Origin: Octopus bimaculoides
Lineage: Eukaryota
Assembly: GCF_001194135.2 (NCBI RefSeq)
Contig: NC_068981.1
Coordinates: 134,389,292-134,453,291, forward strand
Length of the DNA: 64,000 nt
Direction: 5' to 3'
The notes under the pieces were generated by a model. It had not been told where the DNA came from, ran no database searches, and saw nothing but the letters and a program-made list of their open reading frames with translations. Every line of letters begins with the position of its first letter. Positions within the stretch are counted from its first letter, which is position 1. The translations under genes and the position numbers were made by a program. Positions 39,429-53,140 of the stretch are shown piece by piece.

Positions 39429-40235
39429 ACATTGGGGCCAGAAAAATCTTATTTTAAGCATCTGCTGATCTTTTACAAACTTCTACACTGGATTTATTTA
39501 TTACTCGCATATTTGGGATAGTACATTTATACCTTTACACCCACATTCTATACAGCATTCATGGTGTTTATTATCTTGTAAAAGGCAATCCTATACTGAC
39601 CAATAAATTTCAAACAATGACTCACTGTCAATCAGGTACAGCTTTATCTCTTTAACATACTTCAGTTTTCCTGAACTTGATAACTTCATGTTATCCCATC
39701 GAAAGCCACCCTGTGTAACTGATTTTCTATTGATATCCCTTACCATTTCATGTTACAAACACCACATTAAACCATTTCTTTAAACTTTCCTTCCACAGAA
39801 CTGCATTCTTCTAAATTCTCTTTCTTCCCTGTTGTTCTATTTAATTAATAACCTTCAGCAATCTTCAGCATGAAATCCACTCAGTAAACGTAATCATTTA
39901 TAAAAGAGAGAATCCATAGAATATTGATAGATTCAGTTGTCATGATGCATGAAAACTCTAATATTTTAAGCTCTTGTCCTTCATTGATTAACTGTTGCCA
40001 ACACAGAGCCTGTCCAGTTTTCTCAGATTCTGGATTTACTCCAATCATATATAGCTCCAGTCCTGGGTTATAGACTTAATCCATTTCCTGGTTTAGCATC
40101 ACCATCTGGTCATGAATACTGTTCTGATTACTGTGACTAAGCCATTAAAAAAAAAACAAACACAAAAAAACTATTGGGACCAGAGGCTAAGATAATTCAC
40201 TCTTGTTTATTCTCTTCCTCCTCTCCTTCCATTTA

Positions 40236-40455
40236 CCCTTTTACATTCAAATTACTTTGTCAAATGTAATGCTTATTTATTCGCATTGTTTTGAATTGAT
40301 CATTCATTACCTTCTGGCTACAAGATTTTGATGATGTGATTGTTTATTTTTTAAAATGACATTGTAGAGTACTTGTGATAGGCTGGATCTGGTTGGTTTA
40401 AACATAAAACATAGAATATTTGGGTTGAATATAGCTGGCTTAAATGCTATAGACT
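40236..40455 (+). mobile_element. piggyBac-like MITE
   Basis: ttta|cccttttacattcaaattac ... aaatgctatagact|ttaa. Confidence 0.7.
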
Positions 40456-41193
40456 TTAAAAGCACATGCACATCTATAAATATACACCTAAACTTTATAT
40501 AAGTTGTCCTTAACAGAAAATTAGATTTTCCATCTTGTTTGTACTGTTCACATTCATATAATCCACAAGAAATCTAGATATACTCTCCACATCAACTTCA
40601 ACATAAAAGGAGCAATTCTTTTAATAAAACCCACCATTAATATAACCATTATTATAGTGCAATATACTTATATAATAAATATATGTATACATACATGTAT
40701 TAATATATACAATGTAGAGCAGAAATTGTTTCTGATTTCATTTCTACATTATATTTCTCTGCCAGAGGAAACAAATTTATCTTGAAATATGGTTTATCAT
40801 TTTCAGAAACCTTTTTGTTGTAAATGCCTGTATCACAACTTTTCTATTGGTATTTTCAATAAACTGGCAAATGTTCTACTGTGTAAAAGTCTACTAATCT
40901 ATTATCTTTTGATAAAGTTGGACATTAAAAGAAAATGTGCCTGAATATCTTTTTATAATTGCTACATATTCAACTGTTAAAATCTATTTTTTTGTCTTAT
41001 GTGGGGAATTATTAATATTGTATTGTATTTTGGGAAATCATTATGCCGATAATAAATACACACAATTGTTCTATCTCACTTCTTTTTCTATCATTTTCCA
41101 TCTAGTTAACCATTCAACTGATCAATTGTTTCATTAATCATTCAGTCAATTAATTGACCAATTATAATAAAAGAAGTGAAATAGAGCATGTGT

Positions 41194-42110
41194 ATCATCA
41201 TCATCATCATCATCATCGTTTAACGTCCGCTTTCCATGCTAGCATGGGTTGGACGATTTGACTGAGGACTGGTGAAACCGGATGGCAACACCAGGCTCCA
41301 GTCTAATTTGGCAGAGTTTCTACAGCTGGATGCCCTTCCTAACGCCAACCACTCAGAGAGTGTAGTGGGTGCTTTTACGTGTCACCCGCACGAAAACGGC
41401 CACGCTCGAAATGGTGTCTTTTATGTGCCACCCGCACAAGCCAGTCCAGGGGCACTGGCAACGATCTCGCTCGAAAATCCTACGGGAGCCAGTCAGGCGG
41501 TACTGGCAACGGCCACGCTCAAAATNNNNNNNNNNNNNNNNNNNNNNNNNNNNNNNNNNNNNNNNNNNNNNNNNNNNNNNNNNNNNNNNNNNNNNNNNNN
41601 NNNNNNNNNNNNNNNNNNNNNNNNNNNNNNNNNNNNNNNNNNNNNNNNNNNNNNNNNNNNNNNNNNNNNNNNNNNNNNNNNNNNNNNNNNNNNNNNNNNN
41701 NNNNNNNNNNNNNNNNNNNNNNNNNNNNNNNNNNNNNNNNNNNNNNNNNNNNNNNNNNNNNNNNNNNNNNNNNNNNNNNNNNNNNNNNNNNNNNNNNNNN
41801 NNNCACATTTCCAAAGGTCTCGGTCAGTAGTCATCGCCTCGGTGAGGCCCAATGTACGAAGGTCTTGCCTCACCACCTCAGCCCAGGTCTTCCTGGGCCT
41901 ACCTCTTCCACGGGTTCCCTCAACTGTTAGGGTGTGGCACTTTTTCACGCAGATATCCTCATCCATTCTCACCACATGTCCATACCAGCGCAATCGTCTC
42001 TCTTGCACACCACAACTGATGCTTCTAATGTTCAGCTTTTCTCTCAAGATACTTACACTCTGACGGATATTCACATTGACATTACACATCCAACGGAGCA
42101 TACTGGCTTC
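41194..42110 (-). mobile_element. Young 5'-truncated RTE LINE (gap inside)
   Basis: EASMLRWMCNV..ERRLRWYGHVVRMDED..GRGRPRKTWAEVVRQDL..DRDLWKC; (CAT)n tail at 41194-41217; possible short TSD tgtat (41191-95 / 42111-15). Confidence 0.92.
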
Positions 42111-42489
42111 TGTATGTGTTTATTATTGGCATAATGACCCTCCCAAGGTAGAACAAACTCTATTTCAACCTACAAGTACAAATCAAGAATCTTGCAAACA
42201 AGACACAAAAACAAAATTAATATTGTATATTTAGCAAAAACCTCTGCTTTAACATTAAGTCATAGAAATTTGTATCCTTTTTTGCTTTAATTCCCCTCTG
42301 CTGAACCAAATTGAATGTTGGTTGTGTGAGGACCTTTCCTTTGATTTCATCAGTTCATCAGTTTTAATTCTAGGTTTTCATCCTTTGTGTTTCAGATCAT
42401 CAACCCTTGTCATAGTATGTTGTTTCAATTTTTGTTGTATACCTCTTAACTGATTTAAAAATGGAAAACATGCTTTTCCCTTTGGATTG

Positions 42490-42680
42490 GCAGTCATTAG
42501 AGTGTCAGACAAAATGCTCTGCAGTATTTATTCTGTCTCTTTATATTCTGAGTTCAATTCCTGCTTGGATCGACTTTGCCTTTTAACCTTTCAGGATAGA
42601 TAAACCAAAGTATCAGTGAAGTACTGAGGTTGATGGTATCAGCTAACTCCCATCAAAATTGACTAAATCAGAAACCATTA
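42490..42680 (+). mobile_element. SINE (family of 57931), decayed
   Basis: ttctgagttcaattcc..tcgactttgccttttaacctttcaggatagataaa. Confidence 0.55.
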
Positions 42681-44689
42681 TTTATGCTTTCAGCTTCTAT
42701 ATGTTAGCTTTTGTCCTCAAATTTAATTGCTTAATTGTAATATTGTTCACACTAGTAATCTGGAGACCTGAACTCATAAATGTAAATTTTGAATAAAATA
42801 CAAACAATATTCCATCATCATACACATTTAACTGTCCTTCACATACACCATGTAATTCTTAAAAGGAATTGTTTTAACAAGGTTTTGTTATTTCCCCAAC
42901 ATAGGTGTCTAAGTGCATTTGCACTCTAAATTTTGAAAATTATCTGTACTTCAGACTTCTATTAATGCTATTACTGTGACTCCTGCTGCTCTTTTTTTCT
43001 ATTATTTAATTTGAGATAAGGAAGATTAGTGTCCAAAGCCTTTTCATGCCTTCCTAGATTGTTGGTTAGCAGTAGTAATATTACTGGCTCAGAATTATTC
43101 TAAACTCTTAATAGTAATTGCTGCTCCTGTAGCAATGTAATAAGCTAAATATCTGAGCATGATATACATGTCATTCAATCTTTATTATTTCACGACACTG
43201 ATTCTCAATGCTTCATACTCATGCCTGGGGCAATAGATGTTGCAATTGTATCGTTGTTTAGTGAGGAGACTATATAAATATTTGAGCATCAACTGTCAGG
43301 ATTTATGTGTCTTTGTTTTTTTGTACTGAAGCCAACCAAATAGCAAGTGATTGCTGCCATTCATAGTATCATAACAGCCAACAAAACTATTCAATTCAAT
43401 TTGTCATTGTATACAAATACAACAAAATGTCATGGCTTCAAACCTTTCTGCAGTAATTCTATTATACTTGGTCAACAAGGCACATTAAGCTGCTTGCCCT
43501 AAACAACATATCGGAATAATAAGTACCAATCTCACTTCACAGCTGAGTGCTTATATATTTATTTATTTATTTACTCACTTACATTTGAAGGAACAATAAA
43601 CCATAAAGTTATATGCTTCAATAATTTCTTTGAAAATATTAAAATCTTTCAGAGCCATTTACACCTATTGTTTACTTAAGTATTAAAACTTTTTAAGTGA
43701 TATGATTTTATGTGGAATCTTTAAGAAAAAGTTAAGAGGATGAAAAATTAAAGAAAGGTACTGAGATATAAATGGAAATAAACAAGATCTTTTTATACTT
43801 TTATATTGTAGACCAGACTGATCTGAATGAATTTAGTTTATATTGGAAACATCAACTGTTATAAGAAAGATGCCTGAGCATGAATAAATGTAGACTATTC
43901 TAACATTTCAAAAGATAATCAAAAGTGCAGCTTTGAATAGCATTGATAATTACAATGAGAAATTGCTATAAACTATGGCTCAGCTAAATTTATTTACCAC
44001 AGAAATTGATTTATAAGCTATAGCTTGTCTATGATATCAACTTCATTGTCATTGTTGTCATTGGTTTTAATATCTTTTTTTTTACAATGTTGGCACAAGT
44101 TGGAGAAGTCTACTGTACACAAAGAATAATGATATCCAAGTGCCCTTGTTCTTATCCTCTTTTTCACATATTTTCATTCATTTGTTTATCTGAGAAAATG
44201 GTTAAGCTATTAACGGAATTTATATTTCACTTGAATCAGATTAATATACTTTTGCATCTCAATTGCTGTCATTTTTATTATACAAGGATTAATTACCTTT
44301 TATTGACAAATATGAGAACCATAACGTATTCTGTTTAATTAGAAGAAATCATGGCAAACAGTTTGAAAGTATGGCGGAAAAATGAAAATGAATGGATAAT
44401 TGAATTGCTTTGTCGTTATATAAATGGAACTATAGTTTTATTACAGTCAGAACTATTTAGTCATAAATATTATCACCATCAGGATTATTTCAGTGTCTGG
44501 TTTTTCCATGTTGCTATAATTGTATGGATTGGTAATACAGTATATTTACATACATCTCAATTTAGCATTATTTTTACTGTGATACTAATATTCTTTAATT
44601 CTTTTTCATACTTATATCAATTACTTTCACATTTCATAGATTACAACCAATACAACACAACATAACATTGTATGTATTAATCTTCATCA

Positions 44690-45960
44690 TCATCATCACA
44701 TCTATGTATTCATCATCATCATCATCATTTTAAATTCTACATTATCATATTTTCATGGGACAGACAAGATTCATTGAGGCATTTTTGCCATAGTCAGATG
44801 CTCTTCCTGTTACCAACCCTCACTAAGCAAGGTAATATTTCCCCCTCATCCTTTGAACTTGAACAGCTCAATGGCCAGCCCTGTTTTCACTGAAGACTGC
44901 AAAGACCACCATTGATTGATAGTGACATTTATCTAAAATTAGTGTACAATGTCACATCAAGAAGACATGAACACACACACACACACACACACACAGCATC
45001 GACCACATTCAGATGGTGTTTTTTACATGCCACCAGCACAGGGAGCCATTCAGGCGACACTGGCAACGACCCACGCATGAATGGTGCTTATTGTGTGCCA
45101 CCAGCACAAAAGCCAACAAATCATATATAACATATTACTCTCCAACTGCTGCTCGTTTATACATCATCATCATCATCATCATCATTTTAACATCTACTTT
45201 TCCATGCTCACATGAGTGACATGGAATTTGATGAAGCAGATATTCTATAGCCAAATGCCCTTCCTCTCCTCTCCGTGCCACCAATGTTATCCAAGGGGGA
45301 GGCAAAGGTGGATACAGTTTGACACCAGTGACATCGCAACTTATTTCCACAGCTGAGTGAACTGGAGCAACATGAAATAAAGTGTCTTGCTCAAAAACAC
45401 AACACACAACCTGGTCCAAGAATTGAACTCACTACCATGTGATTATAAATCTGACACTCTAACTACTGAGCCATGCACCTCCACAACCAAGATAGTAGTT
45501 AATAGTTGTATAAATTTATATTCAATTTGTGCCTTGCCTCCATATTATTCTTAGTACTGTCATTAGTACTAAATTGGTTCTCAGTTAAAGTAAGCTGTCT
45601 TTATTATCATCATCAGTATCAATATGTTCTCTTTTTTCTATGCTTGTATGCAACAGACAGTTTGTAGAGGCAGGTTTTCTATAGTTGATGCACTTTCTGT
45701 CACCAGCCTTCACTTGTTTCTAAGAAAAATGTGTCCTCATGACCAGATATGTTTTCATGGAACACTGGAAACAAATAACACTATTTATATGATAATGACA
45801 CTCATTTATAACTATTACAAGATGCCAAAAAATGGGGATATACACACACTCGCACGCACAGAAAGAGAGAGAGGGAGAGCACGTATCCTTTCATTTCCAT
45901 CTCCTAAATGTATTCACAGCCCATGGCTATAGTAGAAGACACTTGCAGTAGTATATATTA
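44690..45960 (-). mobile_element. Run of decayed SINE/RTE-tail fragments
   Basis: Three (CAT)n-tailed fragments at about 44700, 45165 and 45605, plus an RTE 3'UTR piece at 45010-45110. Confidence 0.55.
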
Positions 45961-46009
45961 ATTTATGCATGATCCCCATGTTAGTGCAATCTGATATATG
46001 TACAGTTTT

Positions 46010-46440
46010 GTCTATTTGTCGGTTTTCTTGCAGTGGCATTGCAATTTTTATGTGGAGTTTGCTGCATTTTTCCTATTCCCATTCTGCATATGGAAAAGAA
46101 CTATTTCCTAGATGACATTACACTCTGATTTGCTTGCTGTGTAATGATTACCTCCAGGTTTTTCAATTCTTCCACATAAAGACTTCTTTTGCAACATATG
46201 CATTAAGCTGCAATGAAATCAGATCATCAGCATACATTAACTTTCACAGATGTCAAAGTCTTGATTTCCATTGTAATGGCCTCAAGAACTAGGATAAAGA
46301 CAACCAGACAGAGACTTCAAGCTCTTTGTGATTGTTACCTTATATCTTCAGTAAACTCACTGGCTGTCTCAGCCATACTTTCAGTTTCTTCAAAATAATT
46401 TCTCAATTTAATTTTCTTGCAGTTTCATCCAAACCAGGTC
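46010..46440 (-). pseudogene. RTE LINE RT relic
   Basis: ..FILVLEAITMEI..LMYADDLI.. on the minus strand, frameshifted. Confidence 0.55.
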
Positions 46441-46474
46441 ATCAATCATGATTGATCAGCATCTTCTAAGACTA

Positions 46475-46626
46475 TTGGTTTTTTGGGGGGTTTTTTTTTA
46501 TATTAGGAAAGCTATAGAAACCATGCGGAAGCAGATAGTGGAGCATTGCACATTCCTCTGGCTTGCCAGCCCTTGTCAAACCATCTAACCCATACCAGCG
46601 AGGAAAACAAACATTAAATGATAATG

Positions 46627-46657
<31 letters not shown>

Positions 46658-46885
46658 CTTCTTTTCACATTCTACAATGATTATGAACAAGCATCACCAT
46701 CATACAAGTAATACTCACTTCCAGTCTTCTGTAGAAAAACATTTCTGGCTATGGGAAATATTATTTTGCTTTGAAACATGTGAGGGTTGGTGACTAGAGG
46801 GGCATCTGATCATAGAAAATCCGCATGAAAAAATTCTGTCTGACCCATGCAAGAATGGATAGTGGACATTAAATGATGATGATTA
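46475..46885. mobile_element. RTE tail (-) and SINE 3' half (+)
   Basis: Tail motifs shared with other copies. Confidence 0.55.
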
Positions 46886-47170
46886 ACATGGAAGAAGGCA
46901 AAAACAAAGCATTAAATAGTGCACTAAGAGATTCCATTGATGACAAAAATTGTCTTTTTAAATCCTTCATATAGATGTTAGCTAAAAGAGGGCAATACGT
47001 GTAGCCCTTGTGGACCCTACAGACTAAGGTGATTGATATAGTTGATTGATTAATGCCTGCAGTTTGATATTAGAAATATTGGGAAAGGAAATAGTTTACT
47101 AATCTTATTGCATTATTATTAAAATAAAGAAAAGCTATTCTGAGGAAGTGAGGCAAATTAAGAGAAACTT

Positions 47171-47525
47171 GTGAGATTGCAATGTTATTATCAGTGTGAA
47201 TATGCTTGATGCATGTTCGAATTGGGAAACAAGCTATTCACTACGTTTTGTTACGGAGAATATGTCTTGCTTGTTGATAAATGGTATGTATACACCTAGA
47301 TCAGCTCACAGTGCCATCTACCTAGACTGTGAGATGCTAGTATTTTGGAGTAGTTACCTCCTCGTCAGTCACAGACACTAAGCAGTGCAAGCTGATCTAG
47401 GTGTATACACTCCATTTGTCAACAAGTGAAGTATATTCTCTGTGACAAAACTCAGTGAGTAGCTTGTTCCCCAGTTCAAACATGCATCAAGCTCATTCGG
47501 ACTGATGATAAATTTGCAATTTCAC
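47171..47525. repeat. Long foldback (MITE-like): ~144-bp arms, 67-nt spacer
   Basis: Arm 47171-47314 is about 80% identical by eye to the reverse complement of 47382-47525. Confidence 0.85.
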
Positions 47526-48279
47526 TTATCACTGCTTAGCGCTCCCCCTAAACTGGGGAGAGTATTTGTATAAGTATGATTGCTGGAGTTGCTTAAAGAA
47601 ATAGTACCAAAATGGTGTACTGTTGCACAAATACACAGTTTTTTGGTATATGTGCGAAATACTAGGAAACAAGTAAAGATGAACAGTAGGTCGATAAACA
47701 CATTGGTTTTTTTTTTTTTATGGCTTAGTCTGGAAGAGATGCTGTGCTTGTGATGTTTAGAAGACCTATGAAACTAATGGAGTTAGTATAGTTGATATTC
47801 ACTGTGATTGTCTGTTGATAAAACATGGGCAAGCAAGAGAATTCCAGAGGTCTGACATTTTGGGAAGGAAGGATTGAGTATATTGGGTAGTGTGGAGCCT
47901 GTGGAAGGAGTCATGGTTGAGGTGGCATGGGAAAGAGAAGTAAATGTGTAAAGTGGAGGTGTTATATAACTAATTATAGTTCAGTGGAGTAGAGGCTAGT
48001 GTAGTTGTGATAGAATTATTAGAGGAAAAGAAACAGGAGACAATACATTTCTGGACCAGTAATGTGTTGTGTGTTGTTGTCAATCAATTGTATAACCATC
48101 TTTTAAATGCAGTCAAGGGTATGTGTGAGGGGAATGTGGAAAGAAATATAAGGGCAGATCGAGGAAAGGTTATGAAAATGATAAAGAAATAGGATAGACG
48201 CAGTTAAACTGACCTTACAGATATGTTATGATATGTTGGGGCTTTTTTTTTTTTTTGGTCTTTCAAGTTACTTGGTACC

Positions 48280-48465
48280 TCACTAGTGACTAGTGCTGGT
48301 GGCACAAAAAAAAGCACCCAGTTTGCACTTTGAAGTGGTTGGCGTTAGAATGACTTCCAGTCATAAAAACTATGCCAAAGCTGATATTGGAGGTCAACAC
48401 GGCACTGCTGCTTGCCAAACTGTCCAGCTTGGAAAACAGATGTTAAATGAAAATGATGATGATAA
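48280..48465 (+). mobile_element. RTE LINE 3' end fragment
   Basis: gtggttggcgttagaa..aaactatgccaaa..gatgttaaatgaaaatgatgatgat. Confidence 0.55.
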
Positions 48466-49379
48466 TTTTGTGAAACAAATGAATAAATATTTAGGATTTA
48501 AATTATTTGTAGCTGGGGTTTTACCATCCAATATTCAGGTACAATTTGTAATCACAATATTAGCAGTTAAAAAATAAGTATATTAGAGAAAATAAGATGG
48601 TTCTCAATGTAACGTACAAGTTTAATTGAACTTCTATTTGATGAACTTCAATTTGTTTTTTCATTCAATCACTAAATAAAATGAATTCAGTTTTCAAAGT
48701 TATCTCTTCATAACTCTACTGTTTGGCAGAAATTTTCAAAAAATAAGTAAGAGAATCATGTGTCTGTTTATTCTTTTCTTCCTTTCTCTCTTTCTTTCTT
48801 ACTTTTTTTTGTTGTTGTTTTTGTTTATAGCTGTAAGGGATTTTGTGACATGCTAAGATATTTCCCTTTCAGAATCTGTTTTCTCTGCATGCAAGAAATA
48901 TTTACTGGAAATTACACAATATTATTTACGAAATTAAATTTTGCTTGTAATTTTTTTACAAAATTCATGCAAATAGCTGATGTATTTAAATATTTTTTTT
49001 ATAGATTTGCTTTAAAATCATCCAATAAATATAGTTAAAAAATAGAAAATCTTTAATTATTATTCATTTTCTGCTAATACATCCATTTTCTTTAAAATAT
49101 TTCAGTTTCATGTCTTACAGTGTTAAATCTTTTCAGATTTTAAAATTTGAAATAAACTTCAAGATCCATAAAAGTCTTTCAAAAATACGAAAATGATTAT
49201 ATTTTATTAAAAAGAAGTTTCATTTATTAAATCAATAAATTAATTTCTTAAATATAAAATTTATCTATGCATCATATTCCTCTCTGAGACACAAATCTCT
49301 CATCCTTTGTCTCTAAAATACAGTGTATTTGAACTATGCTCTGAAAAATAGCACAACTTAGCTAACTTAGAAAGATTTT

Positions 49380-50060
49380 GGCCATTATTGGTCCAGGCCT
49401 TGTCTAACTTTATAGCACCACCTGGAGTAGTCTTTTAAATTGTTGTTTTAAGACATCATAGCCCACATGTGTAGAGAATTGTTTACCAAGTTGTATGCAA
49501 TTATCAGTGGTTTCTTTGGCATTTCTTGGAGGAATTTGTTATGATAATGTTACAGGGTCTTTTTCTTCTTTGATTCCTTTCAGAATATGTTGAATAGGGC
49601 GGAACCAGTTGAGGTAAGAAGAAAAAGAAAAGTTGTGTCGCAATGTTGTTATGTGAACTTAGATTTTTAGAGAGAGTATGTGGCTCTGGTGCCAAGTATT
49701 GAGAGACTTCATAGCTCTGGAGTCAAGTATTGAGGGACTTCTGAATGTGATGCTAACATTTTTGGACAGTGTTGATGGAAAAAAATTTCCCATGTTGTAC
49801 AAATGCTGCAGTACTCGCAGCAGTGCTGGAGAGAGTAAAGTTTGAGCTTTTTGAGACAATCCCATTTGTCAAAACCTATCATGCCATTTATGTTTTTCTT
49901 TGTGATCGATCTCTTCAGTGCTTCAGCTCTCATAATGTTTTGTTTTATGTAAGGAGTCCAGAGTGGGCAGTAACATTCAAGGGGAAACCTGGCAAACCTT
50001 GAGATGATGGTTTCAAGATCTCTGGACTGAAAAGTTCTAAGAATCATGTTATCCACACAC
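49380..50060 (-). pseudogene. CR1-group LINE 3' end
   Basis: ORF 49709-50056 ..ILRTFQSRD..LECYCPLWTPY..EALKRSITKKN..WDCLKKLKLYSLQ..; internal ~29-bp tandem duplication at 49671-49740. Confidence 0.8.
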
Positions 50061-50100
50061 AGAATTCACTCACTTCATCATTTGCCTTTTTCTTCTGGGT

Positions 50101-50170
50101 TTTAGCAGTGACTGTTGCCTATTATTCTTGCTCATTTTCTTCACCCTACTCTGGCTCACCTGCTGCCTCT
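50101..50170 (+). repeat. 70-bp segment repeated identically at 52111-52180 and 52299-52368
   Basis: tttagcagtgactgttgcc..cacctgctgcctct, exact in all three places. Confidence 0.9.
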
Positions 50171-52079
50171 GCTGGTCTCTAAATTCCAATGGTCTCCAAC
50201 TCAATCAAAAAAGGTTGACTAACCAAAATTGTCCTCTTAAGTATCTTCCATTACATTCCACATACACCAAAGACTAAAACTACTGAACTTTCAAATGGCT
50301 ACTACTACTCTGGTGACATCTATTCCTTTAAACTAGCTAACCACCTATCCCACTCCATCCAGTCACATCTGACCCACCTGAAATTTTAAAATTTGAAATG
50401 ATTTAGTATTGCAAGCCATAAAACAAATATTTTAAGCAAAATTTGCAGGAAATAATTAATAATTGAATAAAGATTTCACATTTTTAAACATAGTTATTGA
50501 ATGATTTAGAGGAAGCCCTTGAAAATATTTAAAAACATTAGGTTTTGTTAAAAAAAGTTTTAGCAAAATTTAGTTTCAGAAATAAATTGGTGTAATTTTC
50601 TGTAAATATTGCTTACACACAGAGAAAACAGATTTTGAAAAGGTAAACATCTTAGAAACACCTCATCTGTATATCTTTCTGTCTCACCTCCTAGATTCTG
50701 TAATAAACATTTTTCCCAATGTTACTAACTCAGAACTACAACCATCTAGGACTCTTTTTCCACTTACATTTTTGCTGAAGATATTGACCTACTGATTTTC
50801 AAACTGAATAGAAGCCTCATTAATCTCACCAGTCTGAAGAGAGAATGCAAAGGTCATGGGTACTTCCACTTCTCCATTGACTAACTTAAAGAAAACACAC
50901 ACAAAAAAAAAAACCTCTCATTATTGATATCTTACATGAAAATTGATTTCTTTTCTTTATTTTTGTCTACTTAACACTGTCCTACAGTTTTTCAAATTGT
51001 AGCAGTTTTCATTTTGTGGCTGAAAAAAAAATCAATGAAAGTAATTTTGAACACACCAAATATATTTAGCGAGAACAAGAGAAACAAATGTGCTGTGAAT
51101 TTTGAAACTCTATGTTTCATTGGTTGTATTGTAATTGATAGTGTACTTTCTGTATTCCTTTAATATTACATTTTTGGTTAACTGAACTTTTCTTCTTTTG
51201 GTGGGAAGAATGTGGAAGTAGAAGCATGTATTTATAATTTTGATTCAACTTCTCTTGACTCATTAAAATTTGTACTATTGCTATCAAAATTATAATATGC
51301 ATTTACAATCAATATATACATATATATATATATATATCATCATCATCATCGTTTAACGTCTGCTGATGGTATATATATATATATATATATATATTGATNN
51401 NNNNNNNNNNNNNNNNNNNNNNNNNNNNNNNNNNNNNNNNNNNNNNNNNNNNNNNNNNNNNNNNNNNNNNNNNNNNNNNNNNNNNNNNNNNNNNNNNNNN
51501 NNNNNNNNNNNNNNNNNNNNNNNNNNNNNNNNNNNNNNNNNNNNNNNNNNNNNNNNNNNNNNNNNNNNNNNNNNNNNNNNNNNNNNNNNNNNNNNNNNNN
51601 NNNNNNNNNNNNNNNNNNNNNNNNNNNNNNNNNNNNNNNNNNNNNNNNNNNNNNNNNNNNNNNNNNNNNNNNNNNNNNNNNNNNNNNNNNNNNNNNNNNN
51701 NNNNNNNNNNNNNNNNNNNNNNNNNNNNNNNNNNNNNNNNNNNNNNNNNNNNNNNNNNNNNNNNNNNNNNNNNNNNNNNNNNNNNNNNNNNNNNNNNNNN
51801 NNNNNNNNNNNNNNNNNNNNNNNNNNNNNNNNNNNNNNNNNNNNNNNNNNNNNNNNNNNNNNNNNNNNNNNNNNNNNNNNNNNNNNNNNNNNNNNNNNNN
51901 NNNNNNNNNNNNNNNNNNNNNNNNNNNNTTGATTATTTTGGGTTAATTGCTTCATTAGGTGGGTTGTAAATATGTATTTTAAACTGTTATGATTTAGGAG
52001 GAGAACTATAGCATTTCATTTAAAATGACTCTATATTTTGGTTCATGTACTGCTGTTAACAATAACAACAACTATAATA

Positions 52080-52550
52080 ATTGTTTCATATTTAGGCACA
52101 AGGCCAGCCATTTAGCAGTGACTGTTGCCTATTATTCTTGCTCATTTTCTTCACCCTACTCTGGCTCACCTGCTGCCTCTANNNNNNNNNNNNNNNNNNN
52201 NNNNNNNNNNNNNNNNNNNNNNNNNNNNNNNNNNNNNNNNNNNNNNNNNNNNNNNNNNNNNNNNNNNNNNNNNNNNNNNNNNNNNNNNNNNNNNNNNATT
52301 TAGCAGTGACTGTTGCCTATTATTCTTGCTCATTTTCTTCACCCTACTCTGGCTCACCTGCTGCCTCTAAGTTGATTACATCGACCAGAGAACTTGAATG
52401 ATAATTTTATTTCATCGACCCTGAAAAGATGAAGAGCAAAGTTAACCTTTGCAGGATCTGAACTCAAAAGATAAAAAGACAGAAAACAAATTCTGCTAAG
52501 CATTTTGCCCAACGTGCATATGATTCTGCCAGCTCAATAATAATGATTTC
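52080..52550 (-). mobile_element. SINE (family of 57931) interrupted by the 70-bp insert and a gap
   Basis: taggcacaaggcc..|..gattacatcgacc..tttatttcatcgaccctgaaaagatgaagagcaaagttaac. Confidence 0.65.
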
Positions 52551-53140
52551 TCGATTAGCCACAAGAATCCATGTATGTGTGTACCTTGTACACACACAAA
52601 CAAAATATTGAAATGGGGGCAGGGATTACAAAAGTATTTAGGGATAGACTAGATGAAGTTATACAGGAACAGGAAGAATAAGGATGTTAGACAATGACCA
52701 TATTAAAAATATAAGGATTAAAGAATACAACACATATACAATTATATAGCAATAATTAAAACAAATAAATAAAAAAATTAAAACAATTTATGTGTCTTGC
52801 TCACATATAAATAAGGAGTATCTCTCATTCTACCTGCCATTTACTATACTGAAACTATGGTGCAGGCATGTCTCATATTACCTCTGCTTGTAACTTCACC
52901 TTGTACTTGATTCCAAATACTTGGAAGGCTTTTCTTCTTGATCAATGAACAAGCACACTGGCCTACAACTTCCTTCAGTTGTTCCTTTGAGGGCATACTG
53001 AAAGCCCCACTTGATTCCACTCTTTGTAAAGAAATGCTAAGTTAGTTTTGTCCTTGCTTGTTCTTGAAACAGTTTCTCATGTAAGAAGGTACACTCTTTT
53101 GCAATACATTGCCACCACATTTTCCTTTTATTTATTTATT

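Noticed and set aside
44351-44665. 104-aa ORF
   Set aside because: AT-rich, low-complexity composition (F/I/Y/N); no homology recognised.
52182-52368. Tandem duplication of the 70-mer around the gap
   Set aside because: Identical sequence on both sides of a gap most likely reflects unmerged contig overlap.
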